From Carpediemonas membranifera BICM (taxonomy: Eukaryota > Protista > Fornicata), in NCBI GenBank assembly GCA_019828565.1, contig JAHDYR010000025.1, positions 620,001 through 684,000 on the forward strand: 64,000 bases of DNA. Direction: 5' to 3'. Of the stretch, positions 41,101-51,861 are shown one piece after another. How positions within the stretch are numbered: the stretch's first letter is position 1; every line of letters starts with the position of its first letter. The notes under the pieces are model-generated. The model was not told the DNA's origin, searched no databases, and saw only the letters and a program-made list of their open reading frames with translations. The translations under genes were made by a program, and so were the position numbers.

Positions 41101-42332
41101 TTAAGTGCTGCTAGGGCGTTGTCGTGGGATGTCCAGGGCGGCATCACTGGAACTGCGGCGACACTAACGGGCAGCGGCTCGTTGCCGACAACGGGGTCCT
41201 CGGCTGCCTTGACATCGAGCAGCAAGACCCTGGACGAAACGAACGAGGTCTGGCCGGGAGCGACTTGGGAGATCGTGCAGGTTACGAACTCCTGGTCTGG
41301 GTATGATATGTTCGTGATAAACTCCCCCGGGCCGAGGTCGAGCGGGATCTGCCTGTCAGAGTGGCGTTCGATCGTGCCAATGCCGTTCTTGCCCTCGCGG
41401 AGGATCTGCTGCGAAACGATCCCGCCGAGTCCTAGGGCGATTCTAATATTCGGCCGGACGACCGTGACGGAGATGGTCGCCCCCTGCGGCTGGGGAGGGA
41501 ATGGGGCGTCGAACAGATGCATGATTGTCCCGCCCCGAATGTGGATCACGTTGAAGGAGGACTTGAACGCCACAGCAAGGAGGCCGCCGCCCTCTAGGTA
41601 AGTGAGGGCGAAATCCGAGGGCGGGCCAGCCTTGTTGTCGAGGGGGTAGCCGACGGGCTTGACCTTCCCGAACTTGCCGAGTTTCTTCAGGTCGAACGTA
41701 TACACGAGCACGGGGCCTTGGCTCAGCTGGGCGGCGACAGTGGCAATGGAGGTCTCCACGGATGTGGTGATGCGGATCTTGGCGATGGCCGTGGGGTCCT
41801 TCCGCACCTCTGACGACCCGCGCAGCGTGAGGCAGACACGGGTGCCGTCCAGGATCTGCACGATGTACACCCGCCCGGTGGCCATCGCTACGACGGCCCA
41901 GGGGCCACAAGAGTCGATGGCAGTGATGCCTTCGCCGCGCGGGAACTCTAGCGCGGTGAGGCGGATTGGCGGGGGCTGGGAGAGGTCGAAGAGCTCCAGT
42001 AGGCCGGTAGAGGAGCCTACAAGGACGAAAGGATGGCCCTGGACGCCGCAAGCGCAGGATGCGGCTGGGGGGCAATGCTCTGATGACAGGAGCGGAGCGA
42101 TGCGGAGGCGAGATGCGCTGCTGGAGGTCACTTGGTCAATAAGACGAGAGAGATTGATGTCTTGGAACGCTACTTGAAGAATCCGGGAGCGTGTCGGGAA
42201 TCTACCGCCGACGGCGCCATCGTCTTCGTTCGCAGCGGCCAGATGGTCCATTAGGGGCGTGTCTGGAACAGAATATGCGGTGGATGCAGTGGATTCCGCG
42301 TCACTTGATTCGGGATCCTCCCCGAGGTTCAT
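38148..42332 (-). CDS. VPS8: Vps8-like CORVET subunit (propeller, alpha-solenoid, RING-H2)
   Basis: N-terminal WD-like region, LKTWGDVVEQLM motif, and C-terminal CAKC...CGHAFHEKC. First ATG at 42332. Confidence 0.7.
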   Translation of the reverse strand: MNLGEDPESSDAESTASTAYSVPDTPLMDHLAAANEDDGAVGGRFPTRSRILQVAFQDINLSRLIDQVTSSSASRLRIAPLLSSEHCPPAASCACGVQGHPFVLVGSSTGLLELFDLSQPPPIRLTALEFPRGEGITAIDSCGPWAVVAMATGRVYIVQILDGTRVCLTLRGSSEVRKDPTAIAKIRITTSVETSIATVAAQLSQGPVLVYTFDLKKLGKFGKVKPVGYPLDNKAGPPSDFALTYLEGGGLLAVAFKSSFNVIHIRGGTIMHLFDAPFPPQPQGATISVTVVRPNIRIALGLGGIVSQQILREGKNGIGTIERHSDRQIPLDLGPGEFITNISYPDQEFVTCTISQVAPGQTSFVSSRVLLLDVKAAEDPVVGNEPLPVSVAAVPVMPPWTSHDNALAALNLTRTISGAKDWALCDGITILLASPTETVVFSSTLKTWGDVVEQLMAKRQLYEAVDHLFAALESSDAEKQALRSDLLKNTRQLVPKFVTSAQGLGTEPSDARVDKARVAAVVLAEAFILTADMREAASLVSDLFNTYLSDAGDLKLHPKSANAMLAVFASYAGDMKFQTLPVPVLTRVLQYVKAASGVDQACRVACCLALNDVRPAEAMLHMYKTLGLVPLQLQDGLARLLTTDTTQRSFVELSIADCTKEAFAVFRCLADDPEPDPFLVDSLFDFLSVSTTGKLLVPVRLTKDPVRTDALPQTVLSFLFTNVYDFILNETNPALLDMLRMRPERTLGLVEAIVRAHPVQLPQIARITIGTASARTALGPQTVAKFASFIALALGRYSEVRPKFKPIELATIISIVITGGATVSEESLAALNPPLAASDIAKLSIDAPAILASRLVSGPMVPYHHSALLTLAGFTDASPALHEAMGWHQQSLLRLYYAGVLGRAEDTQKPSMSAPNAIVMAQAADNHVTAAVLCDLVRKTPECFTHLLALDAKEFPGLVFDYMAACAVYHESDMQEMFLEHCVELSDRDRHRTVLMAMTVFPHSVEQAVHALNRDECRHTQLDLVLVLTASAFSLVPKSSEALQFIVERSQKPFDEIRSQVTYSMRDTDISPLLNLLCDLGSTSQDYANFIEAFIRRHMKSMQSTTVIEVCKRYDLKPQLSEFYYSLGKPVEAESILTEWVGVALHGYVTAARGLCETTGLSDEDVAKALDLVLPPMRESVVHSLDLGVKMHGKDENIAPRLWSGTITSALAMTRFDSEVSNIPDSVAKAAGRHQHEIMAVIIETLETIMDPSEIVGILLDAYVMNEESGAGELTLSSIVTTLSQLFEAMSFRHSAQETLCLCLAADHIVLLNRLYREQRLPVSVATDCAKCGDPLITSYEANCDTTSVIPVRRLRGLGQYESRATAEIPSVVIYMCGHAFHEKCDTGSCGCGL

Positions 42333-42459
42333 CGTATTGCTATGAAATGAAGACGTCAAACGAGGTCAGCGGTGCCCCACAAGTCAGGCCGACGCACCCA
42401 GACGCCCATACGTGTCTAAAAAGCGTCTTTATTTGCATATAAAACTATCGAACCGGCCC

Positions 42460-43572
42460 TCAAACCCGCTCATACACCAGCATCACCGGGCGGCACCGCA
42501 ACTGATCCTCAATGGGCACAGCGTCGCTCATAGTGCTCGTCACACGGTGGAGCACACCTCCATGGGACACCCAGGTCTCCTGCCCAGCCCCAGCCCTCAC
42601 CGTCGCAGCTCTCAGTCGGTACGTCACCTCCTCCTGTGAGACGGAGAACGAGGACGACTTGAGGCGACTGGAGAGCTCGAGCACACCTTCCCTGGCCACA
42701 GTGAAGATGACTACCTTGGGCAGACGGGTTACGGTGAGAACCTCGGCCCTACGCCCCTCACCCCTGTACTTCGAGACCACGCTCTCCACGGTTGCCGCAC
42801 GCGGCACAGCATGCTCAGCATGCACGGGCGGGGCCTCTGGGACGTCTACATCCAGTCTGGTAAACTTCTCCTCCCCCACCCTGGTCGGTGTGTTCACTGC
42901 AAGCGTCCCCTCGACGGCTGGCCGGACAACCGGGATTGACGCCACCACCCAGTCGACCGCCTCAGCCACAGTCTTCGCGCCGGACTGCCTGAACGTGTTG
43001 TTGAGGGCGATGGTGCTCACCGTGCGTCCCTTGGCGTATGGGTTCCACAGCCTTTGCATGAAGGAGGCGAGGTACGTATTCATGATGTTCGACGAGTCGT
43101 CCTCCAGGAGCTGGTCGCGGAAGACATGGCATCTGCCCAAAGAGGCGAGCACGGCGTCGAGAGGAGGACTTGCGTTCACGGCCAAAAGGCTGGCAACCGG
43201 CCGTGTGACATCAGCGGAGCCGCGGGTGAGCTGGAGCTTGTCAATGGAGGCTAGGTAGTCTTGCGGGAACGTTGGGTGCAACGCGCGCTTGACATCCTCG
43301 AGATCATCCGAAGCATCGTCGAGATCGGGCAGAGAAAGGACTTTGCCGCCCAACAGCTGGGCAAAGAAGCTATGCCCGGTGTCCAGAAAGTGTGTGAAAG
43401 TCTTTGAAAGCTCGGAGGTACCTTCGCACTGCTTGCCACAGCATAGACAGACCGTAGGCTCCGCGATGGCGCCCAAAAGATGAGGGCTAAAAGGATCAAC
43501 ATCAAAGTCAACAGATGAAAGGTTGATACTGTCCAAAGCATCATTTGTCTCACAGTTGCTTCGCTTAAACAT
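42460..43572 (-). CDS. USP39: USP39/Sad1 tri-snRNP protein (ZnF-UBP + pseudo-USP)
   Basis: LDSINLSSVDFD, CLCCGK, SLPD, LEDVKRALHPTF and FMQRLWNP match USP39 motifs. First ATG at 43572. Confidence 0.85.
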   Translation of the reverse strand: MFKRSNCETNDALDSINLSSVDFDVDPFSPHLLGAIAEPTVCLCCGKQCEGTSELSKTFTHFLDTGHSFFAQLLGGKVLSLPDLDDASDDLEDVKRALHPTFPQDYLASIDKLQLTRGSADVTRPVASLLAVNASPPLDAVLASLGRCHVFRDQLLEDDSSNIMNTYLASFMQRLWNPYAKGRTVSTIALNNTFRQSGAKTVAEAVDWVVASIPVVRPAVEGTLAVNTPTRVGEEKFTRLDVDVPEAPPVHAEHAVPRAATVESVVSKYRGEGRRAEVLTVTRLPKVVIFTVAREGVLELSSRLKSSSFSVSQEEVTYRLRAATVRAGAGQETWVSHGGVLHRVTSTMSDAVPIEDQLRCRPVMLVYERV

Positions 43573-43802
43573 TCGCTGCCTTGTTCGGTCTTCTCGATGG
43601 CAATTGTACCAACCAGCCGACTCTGCCGAGGTCGCCCGTTTTGGAAGCCGCCAGAATGCCTTGATAGCGCACGCAAAGTGTCCTATTGATCGTACAAGAC
43701 TCGGTCGACCTGTCTTTTGATCGAGAGGCCCCAATCAGATGAGATTGATCAGCCTCTCGTCAACAAAGTCGCGGCGCGGTGACTTTATCTACCAGCCCCG
43801 CC

Positions 43803-44735
43803 TCACTTGGCCGGCCCGTCCAGTGACTCCCGGAACACCTTGACGGCCGTGAATGCCGTCTGGCTCTGTGAGTTCTCGGCCACAGAAAGCATCCTGTCGC
43901 ACGTCTCGATCGCCACCTTCTCGGCGTGGGCTGTCTTCAGCCTACCACGCACATCCTTGGCATCCAGTCGCGCCACCTTCTTTAGCCGCGCCACATGCGC
44001 CTCAAACGCGTCTGAGAACGTCCTGAAGACGGACGGGGTCCATATGGACAGTATGGTCTTCTGCTCCAGGGCCACTGTGGCCATGAACACTTCGTACGCC
44101 GCCACAGGGTTCTTATCGGTGTCTGCGAGGATGCGCTGGACCTCCGCCTTGAGACCTGGCTCCACCAGACGTCTGAGTTGGGCATAAACCGCGCGGACCA
44201 TCCCCTCGAGGGCGGAGAGCTGCTCGTAACGCTCCACCCACTTCTGCAGCACATCCGCCAGTGGCTTGAGTGTCCTCAGGTGCGCTGCGATGGCCGGATT
44301 GTGGACGACGGCCGTGAGCTGATCCGGCTGTCGGGAGGACGATAGGGTGTTTTCGACAAATCGCCGGATGGAGTTCGTGATAATGCTGCAGACGGTGCTG
44401 AATGTGGAGGATAGCAGCTGGGAGTAGCGGAGGAGGAAGAGGTTCGCGTCCACCATTTCTCTGTGGTCCGAGAGGTATTCGATCGAGGAGGAAATGACGC
44501 TGAAGCGGTTGTCAAGCTCCTCAGCGCTGATACGGTTCTGAATAGGTGGTAGCTGGCCGGGAGCAAGGAATATGTTCAGAATATCGCGGCCAGCGTCGAG
44601 TGCTTGTTGCTTCTCGCGCACAGAGTCCTCCAGGTCAATCATCCGAGCACGAATATCGTGCGCTATGAGTTGCATTGAATGAAGAGTACTATCTAAGTCA
44701 TCAAGTGTCAGTTTTGCTGCCTGCAGAGACGACAT
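43803..44735 (-). CDS. COG3: COG3/Sec34-like Golgi tether subunit (short)
   Basis: Coiled coil followed by YLSDHREMVDANLFLLRYSQLL, resembling the Sec34-domain motif. Confidence 0.6.
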   Translation of the reverse strand: MSSLQAAKLTLDDLDSTLHSMQLIAHDIRARMIDLEDSVREKQQALDAGRDILNIFLAPGQLPPIQNRISAEELDNRFSVISSSIEYLSDHREMVDANLFLLRYSQLLSSTFSTVCSIITNSIRRFVENTLSSSRQPDQLTAVVHNPAIAAHLRTLKPLADVLQKWVERYEQLSALEGMVRAVYAQLRRLVEPGLKAEVQRILADTDKNPVAAYEVFMATVALEQKTILSIWTPSVFRTFSDAFEAHVARLKKVARLDAKDVRGRLKTAHAEKVAIETCDRMLSVAENSQSQTAFTAVKVFRESLDGPAK

Positions 44736-44891
44736 TCGCTACAGAACCGTCGTTTTGACATAAAGTGCACCATGTAAAAGGCACAACCAGCGTCTACATG
44801 TGGTGCCCAATGTGAATATGGGGAGAGGCAGGCCCGTAGTGCTTTCAATTGAGCGGGAGCACTTTAAAGCAGTTTCCAAGCATCACAAAGC

Positions 44892-46556
44892 ATGACACGC
44901 ACTAGCACGTACAAACGGCTGTATGGAAAGGACGGGTATCAGAAAATACGCGATTCAAGAATATTCGTTGTTGGTGCTGGCGGAATCGGCTGCGAGCTGC
45001 TCAAGAACATCGCCGTTGTCGGTTTCGGCCACGTGGAGCTGATTGATCTCGATACAATCGACGTGACGAACCTCAATCGTCAGTTCCTCTTCAAGCGCAA
45101 GCACGTTGGCCAGCCTAAGGCTGTTGTCGCGAAGGAAGCTGCCCTGGCGCTCAACAAGGACATGACAATCGTTGCCCATCATGCCAACGTCAAGGACGAC
45201 AAATTCAACATCGCCTTCTACCGCCAGTTCAACGTCGTCATCAACGCTCTCGACAACGCGGACGCCCGCAAGCATGTGAACCGCATGTGCCTCCTCTCCA
45301 ACGTCCCCCTCATCGATGCTGGAACGAACGGCCTCCGCGGCAACGTGATAACGATCATCCCGTATCTCACAGAATGCTACGAGTGCGCCGCCAAGCCCCC
45401 GCCGAAGACTCTCCCCATTTGCACGATCCGATCAGTCCCCTCCAAGCCGGAGCATTGCATCGCCTGGGCTAAGTACCTCTACCAGCGCGTGTTCGGAGAG
45501 ACTGACGACACCAACGTGCTTTCTGATATTACACTGGCCTCGCTTTACGAAAAGGACGCCGACCCGACTGCAGTCGCACACGCTCTTGTAAGAAAACTCT
45601 TCCGTGACGACGTTATCGCAGCACGTGACACAGTTGAGAGCAATATGGTGTGGTCGTTCGGTCCACCCCGGCCGGTTGAGCTCGGGGACGACGACGTGAT
45701 TAAGCCTGTCGAGATCACCACCCTTTCAGACACCGAAGTGCTGGCCGAAGAGATGAACATGAGAGCATTCGTTGAGGCCGTCTGTGTGCTCTACCGCATG
45801 GCCTTCAACCACACTGGAGAGAAGGCGTCGCCGCTTTCGTTCGACAAGGACGAGCCCGTCGGCATGGCCTTCGTTGCCGCTGCAGCCAACTTGCGCATGA
45901 TATGCTACAAGATAGACCCCATCACAATCTTTGACGCCCGAAGTATCGCTGGCAGCATCGTCCCCGCGGTCAGCACCACCAACAGCATGGTCTCGGGCCT
46001 CGCCATCCACCGGGCGGCCACCCTCATCACCAAGGGCAAGCCCACGTCCCTCGACGACCCCGTTCTTCGCACTAACTACGTCACGTTCTTTGGGGCGAAA
46101 CCGTTGCAGGCGATTATTCCTCTTGGGGCGAACCCAGCATGCCAGGTGTGCGGCCGAAAGGCCACTGGAATGCACTGCACAGCAACCTCGACACTGGGTG
46201 ACCTTGTGGATGTGCTGGAGAAGAAGCTCGAGGACGACGATGTCGCCATCGAGGCCGGGGGGACCTTGCTGTGGACCGGAGACGAGACGGCCGCCAGGAA
46301 GCGCACTCTAGTCGACCTCGGCATCGCTGACAGCCACACGATCAACGTGACTGACTCGGACGATAAGGAATACGTCCTCGTCGCCCTCTATCGCTCCCAC
46401 GGGCCCATCGAGCTAGACGAGATGATTGGGTACGACCCCGCGCCGCTCGATGACGACGACGAGGGTCTCGAGATGAAGCGGCAGCCCGAGCCTGGGTCAG
46501 ATTCGGACGTTGAGCTCGAGGAGAGTGACGGTGAAATCGAGGTCATCGAGCTCTAG
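44892..46556 (+). CDS. UBA2: SUMO E1 catalytic subunit UBA2/SAE2
   Basis: VGAGGIGCELLK, NLNRQFLF, CYEC, catalytic PICTIRSVPSKPEHCIAWAK, and CQVC. Confidence 0.95.
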   Translation: MTRTSTYKRLYGKDGYQKIRDSRIFVVGAGGIGCELLKNIAVVGFGHVELIDLDTIDVTNLNRQFLFKRKHVGQPKAVVAKEAALALNKDMTIVAHHANVKDDKFNIAFYRQFNVVINALDNADARKHVNRMCLLSNVPLIDAGTNGLRGNVITIIPYLTECYECAAKPPPKTLPICTIRSVPSKPEHCIAWAKYLYQRVFGETDDTNVLSDITLASLYEKDADPTAVAHALVRKLFRDDVIAARDTVESNMVWSFGPPRPVELGDDDVIKPVEITTLSDTEVLAEEMNMRAFVEAVCVLYRMAFNHTGEKASPLSFDKDEPVGMAFVAAAANLRMICYKIDPITIFDARSIAGSIVPAVSTTNSMVSGLAIHRAATLITKGKPTSLDDPVLRTNYVTFFGAKPLQAIIPLGANPACQVCGRKATGMHCTATSTLGDLVDVLEKKLEDDDVAIEAGGTLLWTGDETAARKRTLVDLGIADSHTINVTDSDDKEYVLVALYRSHGPIELDEMIGYDPAPLDDDDEGLEMKRQPEPGSDSDVELEESDGEIEVIEL

Positions 46557-46620
46557 CTGTGGTACAAATAAATAAAGCAACCCTCATCCTGGCGGTGCTT
46601 TACTGGCGTTTACTAGTGGC

Positions 46621-49050
46621 CTACACGATGTGCCTGATGATGCCCTCGACATGGCCCTTCATCTGCTCCACATCACACCCGACGTATCGCCTGATGACCT
46701 CCGTCCAGTATACGAACAGACTAGCAATGGGGACCGAGATGGGGTCGTTAACACGGTCCAGCGCCTCAGACGCCGCCTCGACGACCGTGTCCGCCTTGCC
46801 GGGGTACATAGCCCGCAGCTTGGCCGCAAACACAGCGAGGATCTCCTCCTTGGCGCTGAGAGTGGTCGTCTCGATCACCGAGTCGTCTCCGATGTCCGTA
46901 AGCTGCACCAGCTTGCTGAAGAATCCCAGCTCTCTCGCCACGAGGAACTCCTCCGTGTCTGAAACGAGGATGACGTGCAGCGCGACCCTCTTGTGCGGGG
47001 GGGAAGCGCTGGCCCTTCATCCACTCGCCCAAGGCGAAGAGGAGCCGCTCGCCGGCGTTGTAGAGGGCGTCGAAGTTGTCGATGACGATGACGCCCCGCA
47101 GCGCGTCTATGGCCTCGTTGAAGACCTCCTCCATCTTCTCCATGAAGCCCGAGCCCTCCCGCATGGCGTTCACGATCTTCACGAACTCCGCACCCGACGC
47201 CCGGGCGAGCTGGACCGCGAACGAGCTCTTGCCGCTGTTCTTCTGGCCGTGGACGACAGTGAGGCCGACGCCCGAGACCATGCCGTGGTTCCTGACGTCC
47301 GCGCCGATGACCTCGCCCCGCTCCTCGACCAGAGCGTTGATGCGGGGGATGTCCACCCAGCCGTTGCGCTGGATCTGCTGCATCTGGACGTAGTCGGAGC
47401 CAAACATGGGGTGTGTCTTGTGGATGGCCTCGAAGATGTCGTCCTTGCTGACGAATATGCTCGTGACGTTTCCCGCGTTCACCTCTGCCATCTGCTCGAT
47501 CGTGAAGTCATCCGCCGACATGCCGAGTGCCTTGTCGACGGCGATGTTGACGGCCTTACCGATGACGTTGGCGATCTCAGCGCCCGTGTAGTTCTCCGTC
47601 TCGGCCGCGAACATGTCCAACACCTCAGCGAGCTCGGCGTCCTCCATTGGCTGGGCCTTGGTGTCCCGTATGAACGTGTTCTTGTCCCTAAGATGCTTCG
47701 TGTGGATCCGGAAGATGTCCGCCCGCCCCGCTCTATCGGCCAGCCGGACCGGGATCTGAACCGAGAAGCGGCCAGGCCGGAGCATGGCTGGGTCGAGGAG
47801 GTCGAGCCTGTTGGTCATGCCGATGACGAGGAAGTTGGACGACTGGTTGACGCCGTCGAGCTTGGTCAGGAGCTGGTTGACGATGCCGTCCTTGACGCCC
47901 GTGTTGTCGCCCTTGGACCCGCGCTTCTGGAAGAGCGCGTCGATCTCGTCGAACACGATGACATGGAGCCGAGACTCGGCGCCCTTCTCCTCCCACTCCT
48001 TCTCTGCGGGCTCGAACAGCTTGCGGACGTTCTCCTCGGACTGGCCGACGTACTTGTTGAGAAGCTCGGGCCCGTTGACGATGATGGGCTCCTCGCAGTC
48101 GAGGAAGGCCGACAGCTGCCGGGCGAGCAGCGTCTTGCCGGTGCCGGGGGGCCGTAGAGCAGCAGGCCCTTCACGTGGTCCTTGTCGCGGTAGAGCCCGA
48201 GGTTGGGCGGGATCATTCGGGACTTGAGGACCTCGGAGAAGACCGAAAAGATCTCCTTGTTCAGCCCGCCAACGCCGAACGACTCGACGTCGAACTTGCC
48301 CCGGTTGAACACGGACATGCTGTAGGCCGCCTGGTAGTCGCCCGACAGGCCCATGAGACGGTGGGTGGCCGAGGCCTTGGGCGACGACGCCGTGCCGAGT
48401 CGCTTGTAATGCTCGCTCAGGTCCTCCTTCTGGACGAGCACCTGGGTCTTGTCTGTGACCGTGTAGAACCTGGCTGGGTCGGTCTCCTCGGTGTCGTCGA
48501 CGCCCACGACGCTGTCGACTCTCACTAGGAGGTCGATGGATGTGGTGGGGCCCTCGTCCATGGGGACGTTCAGCACAAAGAGCGTGTCCTTGCACAGAGC
48601 TGAGGGGACGTCCTTGGCGGCCTTGAAGGCGTCGGGCAGGGCCTGACGGACACCCTGTAGTGAGCCCATGTCCGACCTGAAGGCGTTGACGACGTTGGTG
48701 GTGTTCACAGTGAACTCGGCGGCATATGACTTGATGGAGTGGATGCTGAGTGTCACATGTGCGGCGATGTCCTCGTCAGCGAAGGGTGTCGTGTGGAGTC
48801 GGGAGGTGGGGCCGAGCTTGAAGTCGGTACGCTGCGCCAGGTTGAAGTAGAAGCTGGGCTCGGTCTCTGTGCCTGTAGGATCGTATTTGACTCGATAAAC
48901 CCGGTTGAGAGTTCCAATCTGGTTTGAAAACTTCACCTTGGTGACTGCTCCGGGCTTGAGGGAGTGAGGGCCGCGGGCAAGAACGATATTGGAGTTAGCC
49001 ATTCCATACGCTCCAACAATGTCCTTTTTGTACGATGAAATGGGGTTCAT
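46621..49050 (-). CDS. NSF: NSF/Sec18 AAA ATPase with two frameshifts in G homopolymers (48146-48151 and 46997-47003)
   Basis: Three track ORFs join into N domain, D1 (LLYGPPGTGKT, NGPELLNKYVGQSEENVRKLF, FDEIDA, LRPGRF) and D2 (GQKNSGKS). Adding one G and removing one G restores an ~809-aa frame. Confidence 0.9.
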
Positions 49051-49311
49051 GATGAGATTGGCTTTCAGGTGGGTTCTAATGCCTATCCTGCACAGCCTTG
49101 ACTTCGGTCATAAACAGGAGCTGTGGCGTTGTAGCGGGCTCGTACGAGTCGCACTGAGCCAGTATCCTAATGTGGCCGAAAATAGCAGGGCAAGCAAGGA
49201 GCAGCCAGACTCCTTCAACATTGACTCGCCTGACTCAAGCACCATGGCACCACGTGGTGAATACCACTGCTTTATACACGACTCGTTATATGACCTGTCA
49301 CGGCCTCACCC

Positions 49312-49851
49312 TCACTTGGCGAGCTCCTGCCTGACTATGTTCCCAAAGCCAGTCGACTTTTGCTGACCGCCATGCCGCCCCTTCAACAGCATCTTCTTCA
49401 CGCTACTCTTCAAGTCCTCGCCGTGCTCGCCGTTGCCACTGACGGCGGCGACGTATGCGGCGGGGTTCTCATACCACCGGCACAGAGGCACGGGCGACAC
49501 CTGGGGCATCTGGCGGGCTAGCTCTACTTGGTGGTTGTTCATCAGCTTGTCGTTGACGACGATGAGATGAACAGCGGCGTTTGAACGACAAGTTTCGAGG
49601 ATGATTCCTGCGCCAGCATGGCTGATGATCATGTCTGCGGCGGAGATGTAGGATGAGAGATCTGGAGTATAGTCGAAGAGTTCTACTTTCAGAGTATCAG
49701 TCGATTGAAGCGCTGGCCGCGGCGCTGAGCCATATTGGATCGCAACAGACGTAACACCGACGTATTTGAGAAAATTAGAGAAGATTTCGATTTCACACGC
49801 AGCAGTAAGGGGTGCGAACTCAGTCGTTCCAACGCAAACCACGCACCTCAT
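49312..49851 (-). CDS. ALG13: ALG13 UDP-GlcNAc transferase catalytic subunit
   Basis: VCVGTTEF, IISHAGAG and VVNDKLMNNHQVELA motifs. Confidence 0.92.
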   Translation of the reverse strand: MRCVVCVGTTEFAPLTAACEIEIFSNFLKYVGVTSVAIQYGSAPRPALQSTDTLKVELFDYTPDLSSYISAADMIISHAGAGIILETCRSNAAVHLIVVNDKLMNNHQVELARQMPQVSPVPLCRWYENPAAYVAAVSGNGEHGEDLKSSVKKMLLKGRHGGQQKSTGFGNIVRQELAK

Positions 49852-50023
49852 GCAGTATTCACAACACGCAGTTTATGACAAACTGCGAGAACAACAGACG
49901 ATCGCCCAAACGACCTACTTCACTGTCTCAAGTGACCTGTATGTCTTACTTAGCCCTTGCCTTTGCCGGCCATTATCCATGTCCCGCTGCGGTTTAACGA
50001 TACATCTTCAGCAAAAACTACCC

Positions 50024-51607
50024 TCAAATGGCATACGACCTTGCCTCCCGCTCAAGCCGCTCCAGCTCCCTGTACATTGCCCTGAGCCGGTCCTTCCTCG
50101 CCCCACTCACCATCGGGGAGACCAGCTTCTCGGGGGGCGAATGCTCTGGGGGGACGGTCGACCTGACCGGTGACTGGTGCCGGCTTGAGTTGTCTGGCAT
50201 CTCGGGTGACGTTTCAGCGATCCGCACAGACCGCCGCGGGCTCCCGGCATCTCGAGGTGACCTAAAACTGCTCCGCTGACTCTGACTTTGAGTTGAGTCA
50301 TCAGCGGGCTCAGGACGGCTGAGGTTCTTCAACTTCGGGTTGCTAGGCCCAACCCGCTCAATAGTCTTGCTCAACTCGTCGCGGTCATCGCGAAGCTGGC
50401 CAACGTCTGCCTGAACGCCTCTGAGACCGACCCGGACGTCAGCGAGGGACACCTCGAGCGGCTGGAGGTCAATCGACTCGACCCGCCGCCTGAGAATGTT
50501 CAGCGCCTTGGTTTGCTTGTCATCCGACGCCTCCACCGTGCGGCGGACGGCCTCGATATCTCGCTGGGCCTGGGCGGCTGTCTGGTGTGTCTCCTGCTCA
50601 GTCGCCTTGATCGAGTCGCCGTGAGTCGTCACAGTCGTCCGCAGTTTTAGGATTGTCTCCTCCTGTGCGGTAGACCTACGTTGGAGGCTATCCACGGCTT
50701 CTTGGAACTCCGAGCCCATCGTTGCCTTAGCCTGTTCGATAGAATCGATCCTATAGCCCATGTTATCGATCTTACTGGCGTTCTCGTGGTGTGCCTTGAC
50801 GCTCCGGGCGGCGACGTCCTGGCACTTGGCTCCGATGGCCGGGACGTCCTCGGAGACCTTGGACACCTGGCCTGCGAGGGTGGTGTTAGCTCTTTTCAAG
50901 TCTGAAAGCTGCTGTGTAATGCTGTTGAGCTCATTTGAGAGTCTATCATGAAGCGAGGACATCTTATCCTCCATCAGCTCGGACGCCTGCCGCTCAGCGC
51001 GCCCAACAGCATTCGTGAGGACGTCTTTGGTCACAGTATTAGCCACGAGTGCCGCATGCTTCTCCCCTATCGATTCCTTCAGCCTCGTCATCTCGTCGAC
51101 GACGTCCGTGAGGGCCGTGTCGGTCCGACGTACACGGGCCAACATCTCCTTGATATCATCGCCGGCAGATAGCCTGGCGAGCTTGTCGTTGAGCTGCGTC
51201 ATCTCATCAGCGCGTCTGGTGTCGAGTTCCTGCAGCATGTTGATGAGGTGGCCAAAATTCATCAGACGCTCCTCGTGAAGGGACATTGTCGACTGGATCT
51301 GCTCTATGCGCTCGGAAAACACTTGCACTGTCATACAAGTTGACGAAATACGCTCTAGTTGGTTCTCTAGGTAGGTTATGTAGGCCGAACGATCAGTGAG
51401 GAGCGGTTTCACCTCTGCATCAAAGCGGGAGCCCTTCATTTGCGACCTATCATTCTCTTGTGCTAACTGGCGTTTCATATAGCCTTTTGTATACGTCATT
51501 GGCGACGTCGTTAGCATGATCGCAACTTTCGCCAAATTTCTACCCTGCTCGACGGCCTCGTTGGAATTCTCGGCGCCAGAGAGAAGGCAGGATGGAGCAG
51601 GCGGCAT
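50024..51607 (-). CDS. Long coiled-coil protein of unknown function
   Basis: About 527 aa of heptads with an S/P/R-rich tail. The start is uncertain (later ATGs possible). Confidence 0.8.
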   Translation of the reverse strand: MPPAPSCLLSGAENSNEAVEQGRNLAKVAIMLTTSPMTYTKGYMKRQLAQENDRSQMKGSRFDAEVKPLLTDRSAYITYLENQLERISSTCMTVQVFSERIEQIQSTMSLHEERLMNFGHLINMLQELDTRRADEMTQLNDKLARLSAGDDIKEMLARVRRTDTALTDVVDEMTRLKESIGEKHAALVANTVTKDVLTNAVGRAERQASELMEDKMSSLHDRLSNELNSITQQLSDLKRANTTLAGQVSKVSEDVPAIGAKCQDVAARSVKAHHENASKIDNMGYRIDSIEQAKATMGSEFQEAVDSLQRRSTAQEETILKLRTTVTTHGDSIKATEQETHQTAAQAQRDIEAVRRTVEASDDKQTKALNILRRRVESIDLQPLEVSLADVRVGLRGVQADVGQLRDDRDELSKTIERVGPSNPKLKNLSRPEPADDSTQSQSQRSSFRSPRDAGSPRRSVRIAETSPEMPDNSSRHQSPVRSTVPPEHSPPEKLVSPMVSGARKDRLRAMYRELERLEREARSYAI

Positions 51608-51861
51608 GGCCACTGGGGCTGGTGCGTACCAGGCTGTTCGCTAAAAGTCACGTTTTCTGTCATATGTGCTTTGTGCCACAAGTCGCAGCCGGATTGGACC
51701 CAAGCAACTGCTCTAGTTTTATGGTACCATGCGCCCAACTCGTACGTGCCACACGCACTGGCTATGCTTGTCCAGAGTCATGCTAAATTCACTTCACATC
51801 ATCACGCGGGCTAAGGACACTGTCGAAGAAAGACGTTTTCTCATCTTCCTTGGAGGAGTGG

